From positions 1 through 12,409 of the forward strand of contig JBDLKA010000097.1 in NCBI GenBank assembly GCA_039714075.1: 12,409 nucleotides of DNA. The letters run 5' to 3'. The notes below the pieces were generated by a model. The model worked only from the letters and a program-made list of their open reading frames with translations, was not told where the DNA came from and made no database searches. The first letter of the stretch is position 1. Every line of letters starts with the position of its first letter. This document shows positions 6,785 through 12,409 of the stretch, one piece after another. The translations under genes were made by a program, and so were the position numbers. This DNA comes from Candidatus Krumholzibacteriota bacterium. GTDB taxonomy: Bacteria; Krumholzibacteriota; Krumholzibacteriia; LZORAL124-64-63.

Positions 6785-8518
6785 CTACTGGAAATCCGCC
6801 CGCCTTCCGACCTCCTCCAGCCAGTATTCGGAGTAGCCGTCCCCGACGACCACTCCCCCGTCGTAGTAGTTCTCTTCGTTGGACCCGTTGAACAACCCGA
6901 TCCCGGGGCAGAAGTACATGATTTCCTGACCCTCGACCAGCAGTTCCTCGCCCTGCTGGTCCAGGGTGACCTGCCGGTTGATTTCCACGTTGACCACGTT
7001 TTCCAGGACCAGGAAGGTCCCCGAAAACCCGTCGTCGCTCCACCAGCGGTAATCCTGGTCCCGCGCCACGACCGTCCCCTCGTAGCTGAAATAGGCTGTC
7101 TCCTGACCCCTGGTCATTACGGCGGTGCCGGTCCAGGTACCGGGCTGATCGGCAGGCAGGAGGGGCACGCCCGGATCGAAACGGGTGGTTGCGCTTCCGT
7201 CGACGAACCCGTCCAGGATGATTTCCCCGTCGGCCGGTTTCCGCATCAGCCAGTTGTCGGCCAGCTCGGTGAAGCCGGACTCGGTTTCATGGTAGACAAG
7301 GCGTTTGAAGGAACTGCCGGTTCCCTTGTCGAAGACCACCAGGCCCGGTCCCGAGTAGTCCCAGGACCCTCCCTGGTCGGAGCCTTCATCCACCATGCCG
7401 AAGATCAGCGCCAGGTCCGGTTCCACGGGGAAGAGATCCGGCTCGCCCTCGATAGTGAACCGCAGGGTCTGGGGGTCGGCGTTGTAGTTGTACGACCAAT
7501 CCCGAATGGTTTCTGTGTCGAACACCGCGAACAAATCCACCCCGGCGGGCAGGGGGCCGCCCAGATACAGGGTCATCTCGTCGGTGGCGTCGTTCCACAC
7601 CGGATCGCCGAGGCCGTTCAGGATGAAGAATCCGGACAGGGTGTCGGGCACCACCGACGCCGGATCGACCGACTCGCTGAACGTCACCACGACCCGGTCG
7701 ATGTCCCGCGAGGCGGTGCTGCCGTTGGCGGGTTCGGTAGCGAGGATCGTGGGCGGAACATCATCCACAGCGGCTGAAGTCGTGAACTCCAGGTGCACCG
7801 GCGCCGACAGGTTGACCCCGCCCTGGGTCTGCGCAGCGGTGCTGATGTCCAGGGTATAGGTGGTCGCGGGATCCAGGGGGAACGTGGGAAAGATGACCAC
7901 GCGCGAAAAGTCCACGTCCAGGGTTCCGAAACGGCACTCGGGATTGGCCGCTCCGTCGCTGAGGATCGTCGCGCCATTCAAGCTCGACAGATCCATGGGA
8001 TGGGAAAAGCGGAACAGGACCCTCACGTTGCAGGGAACCTCCGCAGCGTCGGCGTGCAGGTCGTATTCCATCATGACCGGTTCGCCGCTGGTCGTGAAGA
8101 AGATGGTGGAGAATTCCTGGGGCAGGGCGTTGCCCGCGACGTCCTGGAGACCCGTGCCCACCGACAGGGTCACCTTCTCCGCTTCGGACAGGCCCGAGAC
8201 CGAGACGACCAGCAAGGTGTTTTCCTCTACCCAGGTCAACCCGTCGATCGTGCCGGCGGAAAGCTGCACGTTGCCCGCGGCCGTTTCCGTGGCCATGGGC
8301 TCGGAGAAGCGGACATTCACCTCGGCAGCCAGGGGTATGTTGATGGCCCAGATCCCGGGCTCGAATTCAGCAACAATGGGGGCGATCGTATCCCCGGGGC
8401 CTGCCGGTCCCGGGGTCACCGGGTCGTCATCGCTGCTGCAGGCGTTCAGCAGGAGACCACCGGCCATGGTCAGAAGCAGGAATGTCATCCACCGGGTGCG
8501 CCGACTCGAATGCGTCAT
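6785..8518 (-). CDS. Lipoprotein with three Big_5 (SbsA-type) Ig-like domains and a beta-rich C-terminal domain (577 aa)
   Basis: Start re-assigned to ATG8518 (GGGAGG RBS). Signal MTHSSRRTRWMTFLLLTMAGGLLLNA-C has a lipobox. Repeats DTIAPIV..P...VRFSEPM...LQDVAGNAL...FFTT; FRFSHPM...PLDPATTYTL...FTT; DDVPPTILATEPANG...VTFSESVD. Confidence 0.85.
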   Translation of the reverse strand: MTHSSRRTRWMTFLLLTMAGGLLLNACSSDDDPVTPGPAGPGDTIAPIVAEFEPGIWAINIPLAAEVNVRFSEPMATETAAGNVQLSAGTIDGLTWVEENTLLVVSVSGLSEAEKVTLSVGTGLQDVAGNALPQEFSTIFFTTSGEPVMMEYDLHADAAEVPCNVRVLFRFSHPMDLSSLNGATILSDGAANPECRFGTLDVDFSRVVIFPTFPLDPATTYTLDISTAAQTQGGVNLSAPVHLEFTTSAAVDDVPPTILATEPANGSTASRDIDRVVVTFSESVDPASVVPDTLSGFFILNGLGDPVWNDATDEMTLYLGGPLPAGVDLFAVFDTETIRDWSYNYNADPQTLRFTIEGEPDLFPVEPDLALIFGMVDEGSDQGGSWDYSGPGLVVFDKGTGSSFKRLVYHETESGFTELADNWLMRKPADGEIILDGFVDGSATTRFDPGVPLLPADQPGTWTGTAVMTRGQETAYFSYEGTVVARDQDYRWWSDDGFSGTFLVLENVVNVEINRQVTLDQQGEELLVEGQEIMYFCPGIGLFNGSNEENYYDGGVVVGDGYSEYWLEEVGRRADFQ

Positions 8519-8711
8519 GAAGAATCCTCCCTGATGATAAAACGAAAACATGATCCTCCCCCGATCATCTCCGCTGTTTTCCCGTGGATCAACAGAATTT
8601 TGATATTCAAATATCGGAAATACAGGATAAACCAAGTTCTGGATTACCAACCAATAACAGGCCTCCGCATCTCTCATCACCCGCGGAATAATCCAACCTC
8701 TCATTAGTTGG

Positions 8712-8741
8712 TTGATCCCCCATGGGAAAACAAGTTAGAAT
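8712..8741 (+). promoter_or_regulatory. Putative sigma70 promoter of the 177-aa lipoprotein gene
   Basis: TTGATC (8712-8717), 18 nt spacer, TAGAAT (8736-8741). Confidence 0.45.
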
Positions 8742-8789
8742 AGGACCGGATCAGTCTTAATGGGGAATTCACACTGAACGGGGGATAAC

Positions 8790-9323
8790 ATGAAATTCGG
8801 ACTTCGGCTCTTCATCCTTTGCATTTTGACGGCTACGGTGATCTGGGGCATGTGTGGGTGTGACGACGACAATCCCGTGTGCCCGACATGCCCGGATGAG
8901 CAGGAGATGGAGGTCACCCACATCCAGCTCGTGGCCGGTCCCGTCACCGACATCCAGGAGTCCACGGCGTACGAGTTCGATCTCGTCGGATTGATTCCCC
9001 CCGCCCCCTACATGAATGGGGTCCTGTTCATTCGCCAAACCAACGCCAACTTCAACAACGAGGGCGAGACCATTCACGTCGACATCGACGGCATCTCTTT
9101 CGGAGCTCATCACTTCGCCACGGACAACCAGTCCATCCTGCGGTCCCTGATGATCCCGATCACCCTCAGCTACACCGACCTTTTCTACATCGCCGACAAC
9201 GTCCGGGCAAAGGTCACGCTGACGACGTCGGTGGAGGTCATAGACCAGACTCCCGAAGGCAACGAAAGTTCCCTGGATATCTGGCTTGATTACGACGGGT
9301 TGGTGCCGGCCGGTGGGAACTAG
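8790..9323 (+). CDS. Hypothetical lipoprotein (177 aa)
   Basis: MKFGLRLFILCILTATVIWGMCG-C-DDDNPVCPTCP is a signal peptide II-like N-terminus. GGGGA RBS, GC3-biased codons, followed by a terminator. Confidence 0.75.
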   Translation: MKFGLRLFILCILTATVIWGMCGCDDDNPVCPTCPDEQEMEVTHIQLVAGPVTDIQESTAYEFDLVGLIPPAPYMNGVLFIRQTNANFNNEGETIHVDIDGISFGAHHFATDNQSILRSLMIPITLSYTDLFYIADNVRAKVTLTTSVEVIDQTPEGNESSLDIWLDYDGLVPAGGN

Positions 9324-9339
9324 GGAGGGATAATCGTTC

Positions 9340-9384
9340 GGGGAGGGGAACCACCATCCGCGGTCACCCCTCCCCTATTTCTTG
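9340..9384 (+). terminator. Rho-independent terminator, possibly bidirectional
   Basis: GGGGAGGGG (9340-9348)/CCCCTCCCC (9367-9375) stem with inner ACC/GGT pairing, followed by TATTTTCTT. It lies between two convergent genes. Confidence 0.65.
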
Positions 9385-9402
9385 AACCTGCCTTTACGGC
9401 CC

Positions 9403-10851
9403 CTAGAACCTGTTCCACAGCATCTGGTTGGTCACCTCATGGTGGAACATGATCTCGGCCCTTTTGATCCGCCCCCCCATCTCCCGCGGACAGCGGTGGG
9501 CGCTGGCCTCCTTCAGGTCGTGGAACCTGGCGTGAGGCCGTTCACCCAGCAGTTCCTTGGCCCAGGCGCTACGCCGGTAGCTGGTCATCGCGTCGTAAAT
9601 GTTGCCCGGCAGCAACCGCTTGCGCACCCGCTTGGGTTTGGGCGCCTTCGGATCCGGGGCGGGACCTTCCATACCTGTGCGCAGCAGGGCGAAAAAGAGC
9701 ATATACGGGTTCACGTCCGGACCCACCGAACGGACCTCGATGCGCTGGCCGGATTTGCCCGCCAGGGGAATGCGGACCATGCTGCTGCGGTCGATCGCGC
9801 TGACGCCGATCTCGTTGGGAGCTTCGAACTGTGGATCCAGGCGCCGGTAGGCGTTCACGCTGGCGTTCAGAACCAGGCACAGGTCCTCGGCGTTGTGCAG
9901 GATGCGGTTCGTGAAATCCCAACCCGCTTTCGACAGGCGGTGCTCCCCTTTTTCATCCCAGAACAGGTTCGTGCCGTTCTTGGCCAGGCTCATGTTGGTG
10001 TGCATGCCGCTGCCGTTGACCCCGGTTAGCGGCTTGGGCAGGAAACTGGCAGTCATGCCCATGGTCTGGGCCACCTGGCGACACAGCAGCTTGTAGAGCT
10101 GGATGCGGTCGGCGGCGACCAGCGCCGGCGCGAAACGGTAGTTCATCTCGAACTGCGAGGGACCGACTTCGGGATGGTCCTTCTCGTTCTGGAAACCCAT
10201 GGCCCGCTGTACCTCGGCCGAGGCGTCGATGAACTGGCGCAGCGGATCCTGGGGCAGGCTGTGGTAGTAACCGCCGGTGGAGATCAGTTCGAATTCGCCG
10301 GTGCGGTAGTATTTTCGTTCGGCATCCTGGTTGGCGAACAGGAAACCCTCGGTCTCGGCCGAGATGTTGGCCGTGATGCCCTGCTCGGCATGCAGCTTCT
10401 CGGTGTAGTGGAACAGGCGGCCGCGGAAATCGGCCTCGTAGGGTTGGTGGTCCTGGCCCAGCACGTGGCCGAACACCAGCACCTTGCCGGGACCGAAGAT
10501 GTCGGCCGGCATCCAGTAGAAGGCGCGCCAGTCGACGCCCAGCCGCAGGTCGCTCTCGGCGATGCGCGAGAATCCGTTGATGGACGACCCGTCGAACGTC
10601 AGCTGCTCCGCGTTCAGCAGGTACTTCTTGTCGTAGTCCAGCATGTGCAGCCGACCCTCGAGATCGCTGAACGCGACAGTGACGGCCTTGATCCCCTTTT
10701 CCTTCTCAAGATAGGCCCGGCGCTCGGCCTCGACCTTCTCCATCGGCGCCCACTGTTCCTGGTAGGCCAGGGACTGGAGGTTGTACTCTTCGAGCTGCTC
10801 GTAGGGAATCTCGAGGAATTCGCGCAGATGGGTCTTGGTCCGGTAATTCAT
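9403..10851 (-). CDS. glnA: Glutamine synthetase, type I family
   Basis: FSDLEGRL, FDGSS, ESD, ETE, GGYY, HPEVGPSQFE, FLPKPLTGVNGSGMHTNMSL, NAYRRL, EAP, DRSSMVRIP and IEVRSVGPDVNPY motifs. Confidence 0.9.
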   Translation of the reverse strand: MNYRTKTHLREFLEIPYEQLEEYNLQSLAYQEQWAPMEKVEAERRAYLEKEKGIKAVTVAFSDLEGRLHMLDYDKKYLLNAEQLTFDGSSINGFSRIAESDLRLGVDWRAFYWMPADIFGPGKVLVFGHVLGQDHQPYEADFRGRLFHYTEKLHAEQGITANISAETEGFLFANQDAERKYYRTGEFELISTGGYYHSLPQDPLRQFIDASAEVQRAMGFQNEKDHPEVGPSQFEMNYRFAPALVAADRIQLYKLLCRQVAQTMGMTASFLPKPLTGVNGSGMHTNMSLAKNGTNLFWDEKGEHRLSKAGWDFTNRILHNAEDLCLVLNASVNAYRRLDPQFEAPNEIGVSAIDRSSMVRIPLAGKSGQRIEVRSVGPDVNPYMLFFALLRTGMEGPAPDPKAPKPKRVRKRLLPGNIYDAMTSYRRSAWAKELLGERPHARFHDLKEASAHRCPREMGGRIKRAEIMFHHEVTNQMLWNRF

Positions 10852-10899
10852 GACCTGTCACTTGCTCCTGGCCTGGGGAAAGACTGATGCAACTCGGAC

Positions 10900-10928
10900 A
10901 TTATAACACTTATTTGTGTCGAAGTTAA
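10900..10928 (-). promoter_or_regulatory. sigma70 extended -10 promoter of glnA
   Basis: Minus strand TTAACT (10928-10923), 17 nt spacer, TATAAT (10905-10900) with TGn extension (TGT-TATAAT). A very AT-rich tract lies upstream (10951-11006). Confidence 0.75.
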
Positions 10929-10950
10929 GCTTATTTTGGTCGCAAATAAG
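10909..10950. repeat. Two adjacent 21-bp imperfect palindromes (putative operator)
   Basis: CTTATTTGTGTCGAAGTTAAG (10909-10929) and CTTATTTTGGTCGCAAATAAG (10930-10950); 16/21 identical. Confidence 0.65.
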
Positions 10951-11006
10951 GTATTTTTTAATATTTTTAGGCTATTTATTGTTATTATAGGGATTTTTAG
11001 ATAATT

Positions 11007-12260
11007 TCAAGACAGGAAACGAACCCAGATCCACAACAACCCGAACCCAACCAGGAAGACGATTCCGGTCCAACTGAGCACCGACAGACCCCGCCCGGGC
11101 CGCTTCCCCGGCGGCACGTTTCCGCCTTGCACGACCGAAAAATTGAGCACAGCAACCAGGGGGGCGGTCAGAAACGCCAGGACCGTCGCGATATCCACCA
11201 GGGCCCACATCCCACCCATGAAAAACCCGATGATCGCCACGGCCAGAATCAGTAACAGGACCATGAAAACCAAGGTCGTCCGGGGATCGGGTTTCGACTC
11301 GGGGCGGAACAAAAGCCCAAAACCGGCCGCCAGGGTGCGCGCATATCCGTCCATCACCGTTATCGTGGTCGAGAACATGGTGATGAAGGCCACCAGGGAA
11401 ATGATCCAACGACTCCACCCGCCCAGCGTACCGGTGTACATGTCGACCAGTTGACGGGAAAAGGCGAGGCCGGACGGGGAAAATTCCGCGCCGGTGCCGA
11501 ACATGACCAGGGCCCCGAAGCTGACGAAGGAGAACGCCAGCACCACCGTGGCGGCATATCCGATATTGAAGTCCAGAAGAGCCTGGGCCAGAGTAGGCGG
11601 CTCGGGGTCGTTCTTGTGTTTGGCAAGGATCCACAGGGAGGACCAGGCCCCGATATCGAGCGGGGCGGGCATCCACCCCATCAAGGCCAGCAGGAAGGTC
11701 AAGCCTCCCGCCGACCAGACCGAAGGATGAACAAAATCCGGATCTCCCGCGGGTCCGTGGAATGCCGCAACCCCGACGGCCGTCAAGGTCAGAGCCCCCA
11801 GGGCCAGGACCATGACCTTCATCACGCCGTCGAGCAGACGGTAGTGCCCCGCCGCCAGCATGACCAAGATTACAACCAAAAGAACCAGGCTGAGCATCGT
11901 CAGCGACATGTCCAGGCCGAGCAGCGTCCCTGCCAGCCCCGCGGTGACCACCGTGACGGCCGCCATGGCGATGAAGGAACTGATCACAACCACGCCCATG
12001 AACAGGGCCAGCGCCCAGGTTCCCAGGCGCCGGTAACCCTGCAGCAGGCTTTCCCCCGTGGCCGCCGTGTACCGGTGCGCATATTGGAAGAAGGGATACT
12101 TGAACAGCAGCACCAGGACCACGGCCCACAGCAGGTCGAATCCGTAACCCGCGCCGGCGCGGGTGGACTGCACCAGATGGGACACGCCGATGGCGGCGCC
12201 GGCAAACAGAATGCCCGGCCCGACCGCATGCAGCTTTTGTCGCCAACGTGGGGAAATCAA
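11007..12260 (-). CDS. NRAMP-related (APC superfamily) membrane transporter
   Basis: GPGILFAGAAIGVSHLVQSTRAGAGYG, KYPFF..AHRYTAATGESLLQGY, GWMPAP and TMFSTT motifs; about 11 hydrophobic segments. The TTG start overlaps the upstream TGA stop (TTGA, 12260-12257). Confidence 0.85.
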   Translation of the reverse strand: MISPRWRQKLHAVGPGILFAGAAIGVSHLVQSTRAGAGYGFDLLWAVVLVLLFKYPFFQYAHRYTAATGESLLQGYRRLGTWALALFMGVVVISSFIAMAAVTVVTAGLAGTLLGLDMSLTMLSLVLLVVILVMLAAGHYRLLDGVMKVMVLALGALTLTAVGVAAFHGPAGDPDFVHPSVWSAGGLTFLLALMGWMPAPLDIGAWSSLWILAKHKNDPEPPTLAQALLDFNIGYAATVVLAFSFVSFGALVMFGTGAEFSPSGLAFSRQLVDMYTGTLGGWSRWIISLVAFITMFSTTITVMDGYARTLAAGFGLLFRPESKPDPRTTLVFMVLLLILAVAIIGFFMGGMWALVDIATVLAFLTAPLVAVLNFSVVQGGNVPPGKRPGRGLSVLSWTGIVFLVGFGLLWIWVRFLS

Positions 12261-12409
12261 AGTCCGGCGCTCCGGTCCGGGGCCGACGGATTCTCGAACA
12301 CGGTCCGCATTTCTCCGGTCATGGGCACCGCGCGCCCGGTCCGCGTATCGACCACGGCAAAGGTCACATCGGCGTCCGCCACCAGTTTGCCGTTGGTTTG
12401 ATTATGGAC
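12257..12409 (-). CDS. 3' end of a hotdog-fold acyl-CoA thioesterase (FadM/YbgC/4HBT family), start outside window
   Basis: Not in the ORF track. My translation is VHNQTNGKLVADADVTFAVVDTRTGRAVPMTGEMRTVFENPSAPDRSAGL*, which resembles the FadM/YbgC C-terminal strand pattern (vA.a..tfv.vD..tg+a.P). Confidence 0.7.
   Translation of the reverse strand, partial: VHNQTNGKLVADADVTFAVVDTRTGRAVPMTGEMRTVFENPSAPDRSAGL

Noticed and set aside
8519..8704. 62-aa N-terminal extension of the 639-aa ORF
   Set aside because: AT-rich intergenic-like sequence; ATG8518 has a GGGAGG RBS and yields a proper lipoprotein signal.
7289..8707. Plus-strand ORFs overlapping the Ig-domain lipoprotein
   Set aside because: Antisense shadows without motifs.
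10885..10905. Possible sigma54 promoter for glnA (TTGCA on the minus strand)
   Set aside because: No GG/TGGCAC at the -24 position; a sigma70 extended -10 explains the region better.
9382..12401. ORFs 9382-10029, 10174-10887, 10972-12246 and 11451-12401
   Set aside because: They overlap glnA or the transporter in antisense or alternative frames and have non-protein-like composition.

Overview
GC-rich bacterial genomic window, probably from a diderm (ExbD-type domains, lipoproteins with acidic N-termini; an FCB-group lineage is only a guess). Gene order: (1) a 5'-truncated zinc-binding anti-sigma-like membrane protein with TPRs, (2) a convergent Hanks-type Ser/Thr kinase with 9 TPRs, (3) a blaI-blaR-like operon whose M56 peptidase carries a Pro-rich linker and two ExbD/TolR-like domains instead of a penicillin sensor, (4) a divergent uncharacterised P-loop kinase-like protein, (5) two divergent lipoproteins, one with three Big_5-type Ig domains, (6) a type I glutamine synthetase, (7) an NRAMP-related transporter and (8) the 3' end of a FadM/YbgC-type thioesterase. 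I see no rRNA, tRNA, CRISPR array or mobile element. The best novelty candidate is the BlaI/M56-2xExbD module. It has its own sigma70 promoter, tandem operator and terminator, plus a perfect internal Shine-Dalgarno/ATG that could yield a separate exported 2xExbD protein. Several unassigned operator-like repeats lie in the intergenic regions.
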